64,000 nucleotides of DNA from the NCBI GenBank assembly GCA_951406725.2, contig OX597817.1:49538001-49602000 (forward strand). Reading direction: 5' to 3'. A program made the translations under genes and the position numbers. The notes beneath the pieces are model-generated. The model made no database searches and was not told the origin of the DNA. It saw only the letters and a program-made list of their open reading frames with translations. The stretch is from Octopus vulgaris (taxonomy: Eukaryota). Positions 25,754 to 37,810 of this stretch are shown here, in pieces. Each line of letters begins with the position of its first letter. The first letter of the stretch is position 1.

Positions 25754-26599
25754 AGCGGCGAAATTTTTTTTTTCCCCACGAGAGTTCTGGATCCCAGTTA
25801 TGAATTCATTTGCATACAGCCAATCAGAGCTCAACTATCAAACCAGTTTATGAGCACATAACAAGCGATGGTGGAGTCGCAATGGCCCAGTGGTTAGGGT
25901 TCGATTCCCAGACCGGGCGTTGTGTGAGTTTATTGAGCGAAAACACCTAAAGCTCCACGAGGCTCTGGCAGGGGGTGGTGGCGACCACTGTTGTATTCTT
26001 TCGCCACAATTTCCTCTCACTCTTCCTGTTTCTTGGGTAACGCTGTGATAGACCGGTGTCCCGTCCAGCTGGGGGGAACACATACGCCACAGAAACCGGG
26101 AAACCGGGCCCATGAGCCTGGCTAGGCTTGAAAAGGGCGCATAAATAAATAAAAAATAACAAGTGATGGGCGATAAGATAAGGTCACTTGGGTAAGGAAT
26201 GACCATGCTTCTTTCCTCTTTTAATAATGCTTGTTGTTCTTGTTCTTGTTTCAACCACGGCTGCCTCTGCGTAGTTATTTGTGTTGTTGTTTACTTTGTA
26301 AAACAGTAAGGGGAGGAGGATTGCTAGCACGTCACCCTCTACCCACATTTTTCCCATCCACATCTTTACCATATGGGGCCCTATCAAAATCCGATCATAG
26401 GCGGCGATCGGTCGATTTACAATACCGTTCTTCCTCTTGAGTTTACTTGGTAGGGTGCGTTTTACCAAGTGATTGGTTGTTTTTAACACATTCGCGAATG
26501 TTAAGTTGACAAAAAGATCAAAGTGAGCGCTGACTGGCTGTAGGCAAATGAGTTTCTTACTGGGGTCAGGAACTCTCGTGGGAAAAAATTTCGCATGCC
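25754..26599. mobile_element. MITE with about 75-bp imperfect TIRs
   Basis: GCGAAATTTT..CCCACGAGAGTTC..CATTTGCATACAGCCAATCAGAGCTCA mirrored at about 26523-26596. Confidence 0.75.
25871..26155 (+). mobile_element. SINE family C (tail 1) nested in the MITE
   Basis: 13-bp TSD ATAACAAGCGATG/ATAACAAGTGATG. Confidence 0.9.
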
Positions 26600-26836
26600 G
26601 GGGTGCCACCTTGAAGGGTTTTATTCGGACAAATCGACTCCAATACTTAGATTTTCATTCTAGTACTTATTCAGAAGAACTCTTTTGTCAAATCGTTACG
26701 TTACGAGGACGTAAACAAACCAACGACGTTTGTCAAATGGTGGATGGAGTAACACAAGGATCCGTCCCGATACCCTAGTTCAGCCGGGTCACTATTATTA
26801 TCTCCTTTTCACTCAGCCTCTTTCTTTCGGTCATTT

Positions 26837-27049
26837 CATTATGTTGAACCGTTAATGCCTACACATTTTTTCTCTCACCATATATTTTTTTTTCGTTCTC
26901 TCTCCATTTTTACCCCTCAATCCATTCTATCGAAAAGCCTAAGCTCGAAACCTCAAAGACTTTTCCATTCTTCCCGAGCGTTAACTAATACACCTGCTTG
27001 TTGTTCCTTCACCTGTCTTCGTTTTTTTTTTTTTTGCCTTCTGTAAACT
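26837..27049 (+). mobile_element. Diverged copy of the CUGUNGA-hammerhead element
   Basis: CTATCGAAAAGCCTAAGCTCGAAACCTCAAAGAC..GAGCGTTAACTAATACA..CACCTGTCTTCG. Confidence 0.65.
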
Positions 27050-27065
27050 TGAGCTACACATGCAC

Positions 27066-27104
<39 letters not shown>

Positions 27105-27307
27105 GGGAGAGTTTACGGGAAAAAAAAAACAAAAGACGAAGACAGGTGGTGTACAAAACAAACAGATGTATTAGTATAACGCTCAGGAATAGAAAAAGTC
27201 TTTTACGTTTCGAGCCTACGCTCTTCTACAGAAAGGGACACAGAAAAAACAAGGAGAGAAACAAGGAGAGAAAAAAAATGTGTGTAGTGGCTAACGATCT
27301 ATCATGG
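27105..27307 (-). mobile_element. About 200-bp Penelope-LTR-like element with hammerhead-like motif (27198-27234)
   Basis: Reverse CTTT-CTGTAGA-AGAGCGTAGGCTC-GAAA-CG-TA-AAAG; near-identical to 33021-33218; abuts (TA)n. Confidence 0.75.
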
Positions 27308-27613
27308 TTTATATATATAAACACGACGGGCTTCTACACAATTTCTGTCTACCAAATTTACTCACAAGGCGCGTCGGCCAGAAGATATGATTGAAGACAC
27401 TTGCTTAAGGTACCGCAAAGTAAGACAGAATCCGAAGCCACTTAGTAGCAAAGAGAGCTCGGAGCCATTATATATTTAAACCGGGGAATCTATCAATTCT
27501 CATAATTCTATATCCATTTAAATCATTTTAATCTATATAAATATGTTAGGCGGTTATTTAGCAGAGTCTTTCGGGCATCACATAAAGTACCACGTGGTAT
27601 TTATTCCGATTTA

Positions 27614-27845
27614 AGGCGACGAGTTGGCAAAAACGTTAGCGTGCCGGGTGAAATGCTTAGCGGTATTTCGTCTGTCGCTACGTTCTGAGTTCAAATTCCG
27701 CCGAGGTCAACTTTGCCTTTAATCCTTTCGGGGTCGATTAAATAAGTACCAGTTACGCACTGGGGTCGATATAATCGACTTAATCCGTTTATCTGTCCCT
27801 GTTTGTCCTCTCTGTGTTTAGCCCCTTGTGGCTATTAAAGAAATA
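27614..27845 (+). mobile_element. SINE family B inserted in an older B copy
   Basis: 18-bp TSD GGTATTTATTCCGATTTA (27596-27613, 27846-27863). Confidence 0.9.
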
Positions 27846-28279
27846 GGTATTTATTCCGATTTACTCCTTTCTGAGTTCAAACGTTCAAACTCCACGATGG
27901 CCTACACATATAGTAGACTTAATCTATCACCTAGTTTAACCACCATCTGGTCCCTTGGGAGGATACTTCCCTCCTACTTGTTTCGAAGACCCTGTAAAAG
28001 ATCATGAACACTGTCTCTTCTCCTGACTAAAAGATATTGGAGTAACAAAAATAGCAGAATATTCCATGAAATTTTTCCGTTCTATGTTTAAGCATCATTA
28101 GGTCGACTTTGTCTTTCAACCCTAAATCTTTAGCCTTAATGAAAAAAGGTACCGATTTTTACCAAAAGTTTCAATCGAGTTATAACATGTGCTTACGAAC
28201 TGAAAACTTGTGTGGGAGTCTGTACCTAAGCATTCATCCTACTAGAAATAACAACAAAATTTCCTTCAAATCAGTCTCT

Positions 28280-28480
28280 GGCGTTTTGGAAGGGTACATT
28301 TGATAGGGGAAGAGAGTAAGACACAGTTAAAAATTTTTGTGGACTGATGGCATCAAAGAATGGGCTGGAAACAAAAGTCTGGTTGATTGTATTCTTACAG
28401 CACAACTCAGAGAACTGGAGAGTCTTGGCAAGCCCACTCCCAGACACAGAGAGGCCACCTGGCTGAGGACTGATGTAGAC
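28280..28480 (+). pseudogene. RTE-type LINE 3' relic
   Basis: LEGYI..WTDGIKEWAGNKSLVDCILTAQLRE; a homologous relic lies at 37843-37985. Confidence 0.55.
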
Positions 28481-30164
28481 CTAAATATCGTTACTATTTG
28501 GACAAAAGCGTGTCCTGATCGAGTGGATCTGTGATCGAAGGCGTCCCAGCCAAGACCATCCTGGTTTTTATAAGGATATATTAAAAATTCCTTATCCTTC
28601 AACTGATGTTCGTTTTTAAAACGGTAGGGTGTGATTCGAAGGTTTTCCGTTGCTATTTCTTACATAATCTAGGATAGTAGATTGCCATAATTATTTGAGC
28701 ATCGGGCAAAAAACTTTTGGGATATTTATTTCGGATCCTTTGCGTTCGAAGTTCAATTCTTGTCGAAGTCAACTTTGCCTCTGACGTCTACGGATTCGAC
28801 AAAATAGAGAAGCAGTCAAATACTGGGGCAGGGTTTAGGGGTTTGATTTAATCAAGTAACCTGTTCTCCTATATTTCAAGCCTTCTATCTATTCTTTTAT
28901 TCTTTTGTACGCTTCAGCCCTAAGGCTGTGACCATGCTGGGGCACCACGCGGAATAATTTGGGGGCTTTGGAATGGCAACATGATTTGTGCATAGGGCAA
29001 AATATTCTGCAGCATTTGCCTTCGCCTCTTTACTTTATGGGTTTCAAATCCTGCCGAAGTCACCTTTGCCTTTCACCATTCTGGATGTCGATAAAATAAA
29101 GTTGTTGCGAAGTGGTGCCATCGAGTTAATCGAGTAATCCCACCACGACCCCTCCTAAAACTGTGGCTTTGTGGTTACATTAGAAGTAATTATTGTTTGT
29201 AAAATCAACCCCCCTTTTTTTTTTCATCTGATCATAGATCTGCTAAAGGCTTCCTAATATTTATATAAAAACAAATAAATACAAGTTATAAATCAGACCC
29301 CAGGGTTAAATTCCCAACCCTCCCCTGATTCACAATCGTTGTTAGTTACGTAAATGAAGAGATGTTGGTATCCCCATGTTTTTTTTTTAAAAAAAAGAAA
29401 TATAAAAAAAAAACTTTTTGAAATAAACCAAAACCAAAAAAAAAACTGCATGACGTGGAAAGATATAAAATAAAAATAAAATAAAAGAATAAAAATATTC
29501 ACCATAGAAATAAAACAAAAATGAAAAATAAATAAAAGGAAATAATGAATACATAAATTAAATAAAAATTTGCTGTTGGGACGTGGAGAAAGGCAATCGT
29601 CACATAAGATGTGAGTTTGTAATAGACTATCCCACGTCGGCCGCGCTTGTAGACACTCGACATTCCATACTATTGACAGAACAGGAGAAGACCCACCTCC
29701 CTCCCTCCTTACATACTCACATATACGTAAAAAAAAAATTATAGGAGAGATCCGGTTTAAATACATTTAACAGCTAACGCATTCGACATTTCAATTGGTC
29801 TTTTTAGATGCTATTACATACTCTACTCTCACTAATTCGGTCTTTCACTCTCTCTCACCCTCTCCCTCACAGTGGCTTATACAAACACACACCCTCTCTC
29901 ACTCTCTCTTTCAACCTCTCTCTTTCTATCTCTCTCTCAATCTCTCACTCACTCGCTCGCTCACTCTTTCTCGTTATTTCTTCAGATTTCTCGTCCTCCG
30001 CTGAATTTCTCTCTTATTCTTTCTTACTATCTTCCTATCGTCGTTCTTACTTTCTCTATTATCACCCCCACACCCCATTATCACATACACTGTGTGTATA
30101 TATATGTATGTGTATCTAAGAATTTGTGTGCTTACATAATACATAGCTAGACACATATATACAC

Positions 30165-30253
<89 letters not shown>

Positions 30254-30256
30254 TGT

Positions 30257-30315
<59 letters not shown>

Positions 30316-30590
30316 CATATATATATATATATATGTGTATATATATATCCATACATACATACATAAATCATTTATACAGCCACATGTATGCGCAGATGTG
30401 TTTATAAATGTACATATATACATAGATGGGTAGATATACATACATACATACATACATACATACATACAAACATACATACATACATACATACATACATACA
30501 TACATACATACATACATACATACATACATACATACATACATACATGTGTGTGTGTGTGAGTGTATGTGTCTGTGTGAGTGTACATATATA
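30165..30590. repeat. (TA)n/(CA)n/(TACA)n microsatellite block
   Basis: Direct inspection. Confidence 0.95.
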
Positions 30591-30616
30591 TAAGGCCAAG
30601 ATTCAACGTATTGCAT

Positions 30617-30663
30617 CGCAATCCGACGGTGGTTTAATTGGCCGAAACTTCGGAGTCACTGTC
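30617..30663 (+). ncRNA. Degenerate hammerhead motif, same family as 44618
   Basis: CGCAAT-CCGACGG-TGGTTTAATTGGCC-GAAA-CTTCGGAG-TC-ACTGTC; downstream about 70 bp homologous to the 44618 element. Confidence 0.6.
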
Positions 30664-30748
30664 AACAATTTTTTCGTTTAATAATAAACTTGTACTTCAC
30701 AAAAGTACAGAAAATCATTTACATCCATTCCAAGCCCGTCGTATATAT

Positions 30749-31605
30749 AAGGAGTAGCTGTGTGGTAGGAAGCTTGCTTCCCAAACACATGGTTCCGGGT
30801 TCAGTCCCACTACGTGGTACCCTGGGCAAGTGTCTTCTACTACAGCCTCGAGCCAACCATAGCCTTGTGAGTGGATTTAGTAGACGGAAACTGAAAGAAG
30901 CCCGTCGTATATATATATATATGTATATATTCTTTTACTTGTTTCAGTCATTTGACTGCGGCCATGCTGGTGCACCGCCTTTAGTTGAACAAATTGACCT
31001 TTGGCCTTATTTTTTGTAAGCCTGGTACTTATTCTATCGTCTCTCGTGCGGAACTGCTCAGTTACGGAGACAAACACAGATACACAAACATATACACACA
31101 CACACACATATATACGACGGGCTTCTTTCAGTTTCCGTCTACCAAATCCACTCACAAGGCTTTGGTCGGCCCAAGACTATAATAGAAGACACTTGCCGAA
31201 GGTGTCACTCAGTGGGACTGATCCCGGTAACCATGTGGTTGGTAAGCAAGCTACTTACCACACAGCCAGTGTGTCTGTGTTTGCTCTCCCACCATTGCTT
31301 GACAACCGATGTTGGTGTGTTTACGTCCCCTTAACTTAGCGGTTCGGCAAAAGACCCGATAGAATAACTACTAGGCTTACAAAGAATAAATCCTGGGGCT
31401 ATGTTTGACTACAGGTGGTGCTCTAGCATGGCGGCAATCAAATGACTGAAACAAGTATATGAGTATGTGTGTGTGTGTGTGTGTCCGCCACCGCTTGACA
31501 ACCGATGCTGGTGTGTTTATGTCCCCGTAACTTAGCGGTTCGACTAAAACACTTTGAAGCTGTGCTCCAACATGGCTGCAATCCAATGACTGTAACAAGT
31601 AAAAG
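30749..31605. mobile_element. Nested SINE A cluster (minus copy inside a plus copy)
   Basis: Plus head 30749-30910, minus copy 30931-31268, plus 3' half 31269-31455, extra 3' piece to 31605. Confidence 0.85.
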
Positions 31606-31617
31606 AACAATAGAATG

Positions 31618-31651
<34 letters not shown>

Positions 31652-32022
31652 ATGTGTGTGTATAGACATGTATACACATACACAGACGCACATATACATA
31701 TATATATAAACATATACACAAATGTGTGTGTATATGTATATTTAGATACGTACGTCTCTCTGTCTTCCTTTCTCTCTCTCGCTCTTTCTCTCACTATATA
31801 TATATATGTGTGTATACGCACGTATATACACACGCTCACCCACCCATCCGAACCCATCACCCATTCCGCACATACACCCACACTCACACACTTATACACA
31901 CCCTACAAGATAGGTGGGTGTTGTTCAGCTTTCCACTCAATATATTTACAAGCTTTTCATTACACAATACATACTTTTACATTTATTTTATTCCTCTGTT
32001 CTAGTTTATTGGTCTTTTTGTA

Positions 32023-32024
<2 letters not shown>

Positions 32025-32118
<94 letters not shown>

Positions 32119-32137
32119 ATTATCATCATCATTATTA
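32025..32137. repeat. (CAT)n(TAT)n microsatellite
   Basis: Direct inspection. Confidence 0.95.
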
Positions 32138-32256
32138 TGTTTTGATAGAGCGGAGATTTATTATACAAAGAATTCGATCAAACGTATATATAGAGAGAGA
32201 GACAGAGAGAGAAGGGCGAGGGGGAACAGAAGACGTTTGTAAGATTGTTTGTATTG

Positions 32257-32319
<63 letters not shown>

Positions 32320-32405
32320 CACGTTTAAGAAAACAAATTAATTGCTTATCGATGGATATATTTCAAATTTCGGAATACATAAGTCTCAGTGTAACTTTCC
32401 TGCTC

Positions 32406-32457
<52 letters not shown>

Positions 32458-32549
32458 GCCTGCTTGTCTATCTGTGTATCCATCTATCTAGCTAGCTAGC
32501 TGTTTATTTACCTATGTACATGTCTGTCTGTCTCTGCCTGCCTATCTAT

Positions 32550-32596
<47 letters not shown>

Positions 32597-32668
32597 CATA
32601 CTGCCTAACTCTATCTACGCACACAAGCACGAACACACACACTCACACACGCGAGCACACAAGCGCGA

Positions 32669-32716
<48 letters not shown>

Positions 32717-32977
32717 ACAGATATCAGAATAAACTCAACTTTAAAGGTTGATATTTTCCTGTATATTCTGATATTTCGTGACTCTTCTCCATAACACTAG
32801 CTCGCCCTTAACTTGGTTAACACGGTTTAACAGATCAAGGATATGGGAGTGGAATGTTTAACTAAACCGAGTTCTCTCTCTCTCTCATACACACGCACTC
32901 ATACATACATAAATACATACATACATACATACATACATACATACATACATACATACATACATACATACATACATGCA

Positions 32978-33009
<32 letters not shown>

Positions 33010-33020
33010 CTGTATATTTA

Positions 33021-33218
33021 GGGAGAGTTTACGAAAAAAAAAACAAAAGACGAAGACAGGTGGTGTACAAAACAAACAGATGTATTAGTATAACGCTCAG
33101 GAATAGAAAAAGTCTTTTACGTTTCGAGCCTACGCTCTTCTACAGAAAGGGACACAGAAAAAACAAGGAGAGAAACAAGGGGAGAAAAAAATGTTTGTAG
33201 TGGCTAACGATCTATCAT
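33021..33218 (-). mobile_element. About 200-bp Penelope-LTR-like element with hammerhead-like motif (about 33112-33150)
   Basis: Near-identical to 27105-27307; abuts (TACA)n. Confidence 0.75.
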
Positions 33219-33730
33219 TGATCCCAGCACTTGTCTAGTACTTTGCTTGATTTACCCTAGGAGGGATGAAAGATAATACTGTATATTTACGCACAGAAGT
33301 ATGGCTGTACAGACCAAATAGATAAAACTCAAAACAGAAGTATACATATTTTTATTTTTAATCGGTAAACTTTAGAAAATGTGTCAGTGCCGAGAATTTG
33401 GTACATGGCACCTATCAGGTGAATACCATACGCGAAAATTTCGATTCTTGAATCACTTTGTAACTTCTGGCTGAACTAATTTCACTGGGTCCTATTTAAT
33501 ACTCTAGGAAAAGGTATCAACGTTACAACTTTTATCCTGTAATCCAAAAGTTTCGCATTCCATAATTGAGTTCGGTTTGGTTCAATAATTTACAGAGAAT
33601 TGTTTGTTGGTCTAATTCAGGCTTGACCTACTCGAATTAAATTGCGGGCCACTTCAATCACAGAAAGTTTTTTGAGGGCCGCTTGTATGCTGACAGAATT
33701 GAAAGCATTTTGCTTTCTCATGCTATTATT

Positions 33731-34028
33731 TCTTTATTTTGTTCCTTGTCGATCTCATAAGGGCCGGTTTCCCGGTTTCCTTAGCGTATAGGTTCCCCAC
33801 CTGGGCGGGACACCGGTCCGTCGCTAGTGATCTGCAAGATGCAGGAGGAAAGAGTGAGAGAAAGTTGTGGCGAAAGAGTCAGCAGAAGTTCGCCATTACC
33901 TTCTGCCGGAGCCGCGTGGAGCTTAGGTGTTTCGCTCATAAACACACACATCTACCGGTCTGAGATTCGAACCCGCGATCCCTCGACCGCGACTCCGCTG
34001 CTCTAACCACTAGGCCATGTGCCTCCAC
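33731..34028 (-). mobile_element. SINE family C variant
   Basis: 16-bp TSD TTCTCATGCTATTATT. Confidence 0.9.
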
Positions 34029-34281
34029 TTCTCATGCTATTATTACAATAAAGAATGAATGATCGTTGAGTCAACATGAAACATCATCTTTGCAAAAACA
34101 GTAGAATCTTTCTTTGTGAGTTTTCATTACAAACTTCAATTTTTGATAAAATTTTTAAGACGTCTATTTAAATAAACCCATTTCAAGACCCCGGAGGGAT
34201 GAAAGACAATGGTGACCCCGACGAAATTTGAACCCAGAACGTAATGAGTCGGAGGAAATGCCGCTTAGCTCTTGGTCTGAG

Positions 34282-34728
34282 TGATCTTTTCGGTTTGAAC
34301 GGCAGTTTTTAACATAATTTCTAGGTAACTAAAAAATTTTAAACTTCGTATACTGGTAGAATGTGTTTATAAAGCATCTTTTTCTCTTGGCTTTATTGAG
34401 AAAATTCTATAGTTTGTAAGATATTTGTTTTTTTTCTTCAATTTCTGCAATTTCAACTAATCAATGACGTCCATTGAGGTAATCTACATTCTGTGCCGTA
34501 TGAATATGTCCCTCGTTTAAAAAGCAGATTGGGTTTATTTACATTTGTGAAGAAAAAAAAGATACCCTTCCCCCACTCCTAACCCTAACCCTAACCTTAA
34601 CTAACCTTAACTAACCCTAACCTTAAAATAGATGGAAATGCAATAGATCGATACTAGGGTCATAATCATGGGTGACAATTTCATATGACACCGCTAGAAA
34701 AAACTACCGTTCAAACCGAAAAGATCCA
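34282..34728. mobile_element. MITE with about 28-bp TIR and internal (CCCTAA)-like repeats
   Basis: GATCTTTTCGGTTTGAACGGCAGTTTTT / AAAAACTACCGTTCAAACCGAAAAGATC; GTCTGAG duplicated on both sides; splits an old SINE B. Confidence 0.85.
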
Positions 34729-35322
34729 GTCTGAGTTCTACCGGTTCTGACAGCCGGCTGCTTTTACACTGTGAGAAACTGAAGCCTTCGACGAAATCCT
34801 CTACGTGGTCGCTCGACCTGCAGAATCACACCGAACCACTTTTAAAATGACCAGGTCTGAATGAACACTAGAAAAGTTAGCTGTCGATGCAAGGTATCAG
34901 AAAATGAATATATATATAAATAAATAAAGGACGGGATGTTCATGGTTGGAGCGGTTCGATCATTGACCTATTCAGTCAAGTCTAACCTGGGACTAATCCA
35001 CGACGACTACGAAAGCCTTCAGTGGTATCCCGTTTTATACCCAAAGTACTGCAGGACATCTATGCTATAATAAAGTCTATGTAACAAGGTTTACGATCTC
35101 TGTGCATCTATGAAACTGAACAGATTTCTTCTTTTTGCTATTTTTAACTTCTCCATCGATTTTTCTCCACATTAACATACCTACTTCCGTTATTGTCAGC
35201 TGACACTGATTGGCTGTTTCAGCTAATTCATACATTTTGTATGGATCGTTATAAAGCCAAGTCGAGGTATCAGTTGCAATACATAAACTTAGTTTTATGT
35301 AATTATATAATAAATCACAACA

Positions 35323-35371
<49 letters not shown>

Positions 35372-35496
35372 GTGCAGTACTTCAGATGTAGTAATATATG
35401 CCGAGTTTATCGGTTAGCGCTAGTACTGCGTATTTCAGTGTTTAAATCCGGGTAGCGTTAACATTTTCTTTTCATCTCTCCATAGATGATGCTGGT

Positions 35497-35690
35497 GTGA
35501 AGGTGCGTGGCACAATGGCTAGACTGTTGCACTCGAGATCGTGGTTTCAATTCCCGGAATGTTTATGTTTTTGAGCAAAACACTTCATTTGACATTGTTC
35601 TAGTCCACTCGGCTGTAAATGAGTAACCCTGGGATAGATTGGTGTCTCGTTCTGAGGGAATCGGTCCTATGAGTCTTAGGACTGGAAAAT
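35497..35690 (+). mobile_element. SINE family D, diverged
   Basis: TTGAGCAAAACACTTCATTTGAC..GTCCACTCGGCTGTAAATGAGTA. Confidence 0.65.
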
Positions 35691-35704
35691 TATATCACGA
35701 AGAA

Positions 35705-35971
35705 TGCCCGTCCGGTGAAGGAACGCAGCGCACTCCTCGCGCATCCGTCGTCGAAGCCATCGACCGGGCAAAACAGCGGCAACACAAGCGAGCCCGGAGA
35801 CATTGCCGGGAACCCCGGGAAGAGTCCTTTCTTCTTCGTAAAGGACCGCGTCTGTAGAATCGGCTCGTCCGGAGATACGGATATGGAGCCTATTGAGTGC
35901 TCCATCTTGGCCGGTGTCCAGTGCGCTCTCGGCGACCCTAGAAAAAATTCGGGTCCGTAACGATTCGCAGC
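35705..35971 (+). pseudogene. 28S rRNA fragment (around and just after D7), diverged
   Basis: GC-rich island; GCGGCAACACAAGCGAGCCCGGAGAC..GGGAACCCCGGGAAGAGT..GTCCAGTGCGCTCTCGGCGACCCTAGAAAA..CCGTAACGATTCGCAGC follows the motif order of the eukaryotic LSU rRNA core. Confidence 0.75.
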
Positions 35972-36111
35972 TCAATTTTGTAGCTTACTTAAAGAACAGC
36001 AACATTTTTAATGCATCATGCAGGTAAAGAGAAAAACATGGAAATTAGTTTGTACTGAAATGTTTTACAGCCTCTTGCTCTTAGTTTTATCATTTTAATT
36101 ATTTTAGTATA

Positions 36112-36413
36112 GTGAAGGCGCATGGCTTAGTGGATAGGGCATTCGGCTCACGATTCTAAGGTCGTGAGTTCAATTCCCGGAGACGCATTTTGTTCCTGAG
36201 CAAGACACTTTATTTCACGTTGCTCCAGTCCACTCAGCTGGCAAAAATGAATAGTACTTGTATTTCAAAGGGGCCAGTCTTGCCACTCTGTGTCACGCTG
36301 AATCTCCCCGAGAACTACGTTAAAGGTACATGTGTCGTTAATTTCACGAGCAGGCTGTTCTGTTGACCGCATCAGCTGGGACCCTCGTCGTCGTAACCGA
36401 CGGAGTGCTCCTA
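36112..36413 (+). mobile_element. SINE family D with tail 3
   Basis: 12-bp TSD TATTTTAGTATA; tail shared with 62178. Confidence 0.85.
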
Positions 36414-37009
36414 TATTTTAGTATATATTGAACTTATAAGAAGGCAATCGAGAAGTCGATTAAAGAAATTACAGCCCTTAGTTTCGTTATTTCTAGTTCT
36501 GAGCTCAACTTCCGTTGGGATTGACTATACTTTTCACCTTCCCTACTTCGTTCGCCACTGTTTGACAACCGGTGTTGGTGTGTTTACGTTTCCATGACTT
36601 AGCAGTTCGGGAAAAGAGACTGGTAGAATAAGTACCAGGTTTTACAAAACCATAGCAGGTGCTGGGATTCGATCCGTTCGACTAAAACTTCTTCGAGGCA
36701 GTGCCCCAGCATGGCCGCAATGAGTGAAACAAGTAAACGATAAACCCTTAGGGTAATTAGAATTGATAAAGTGGCGATGGGTTCGGAGGGAACCCTATCA
36801 ACAGATGCTGCAATGGTGCAGGCTAAAGACAAAAATATCTTTGATCTAATGAATGAGATTCAAATCAAATCATGGATAGGTCTGATGTTTTCGGGTGTTC
36901 TCGGATGTTCTCGAGTATTCTCGGGCTTGACAACTGCACTATCACTGCTTTCCTTGAACTTCTCAGAGTAAGTGTCTACAGATCGTCGTCGTAATCGTTG
37001 ATGATGATG

Positions 37010-37047
<38 letters not shown>

Positions 37048-37489
37048 TATCATCGTCGTCGTCGTCGTCATCATTAGCATGATCATGATTATGATATTGT
37101 TACTGTTGCTTTTTGGGCCCCAGGTCAGCCTTGAGCCAACTGATCATCAAAGTCATTCCAGCCCTCTGTCCTATCTTTTTCTATATCCAAGGAATCCCGG
37201 ACCACATTTGCCAGTTATCTCAATGCACACATTTCTAAGACGGCTGGTTTCGATCAGACGGTGATTTGACTGATCTTTCAAGCAGAGCGAGAGACTCGAG
37301 AGACTATGTGGTTCTAGAGATATCTTAGTCTCTGAGAGTGAAATGGGACTCGATGTAATGAAGGTGGCCATAATGCTGACGTATCAATTTTGCTGTGCTG
37401 AAAATTAGGTTAACGAGTGAATAGTTGGCAGAATTAAGGAAGGTTGTTATCTAGAGATGTAGAACAGACTGTAGTGTGATCTCAAAGGC

Positions 37490-37810
37490 TGAGACAGATC
37501 TTTGGAGTGATAGACTTCTGGAAAGAGAGATAGACCTCTAGAGAGATAGATCTCTGGATAGACTTCCGGAGCGATAGACCTCTGGAGAGATAGACCTCTG
37601 GAAAGACAGAGACCTCCGTAGAGATAGACCTCTGGAGAGATAGAATTCCGGAGAGATAGACCTCTGGAGAAATAGAGCTCCGGAAAGATAGACCTCTGGA
37701 GAGATAGATCTCCGGAGAGATAGACCTCTAGAGAGATAGACCCCTGGAGAGATAGACATCTGGAGAGATACATCTCCGGAGAGATTGACCTCTGGAGAAA
37801 TAGAGCTCCG
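37490..37810. repeat. 16-bp minisatellite (GATAGACCTCTGGAGA), about 20 degenerate units
   Basis: Direct inspection. Confidence 0.9.

Noticed and set aside
34578-34626. True telomere or fusion site
   Set aside because: Short, degenerate and internal to a MITE
35639-35975. GC-rich coding exon
   Set aside because: Better explained as a 28S rRNA fragment; the ORFs show no recognisable domain
37490-37810. CRISPR array
   Set aside because: Tandem units without unique spacers; eukaryotic context and no cas genes
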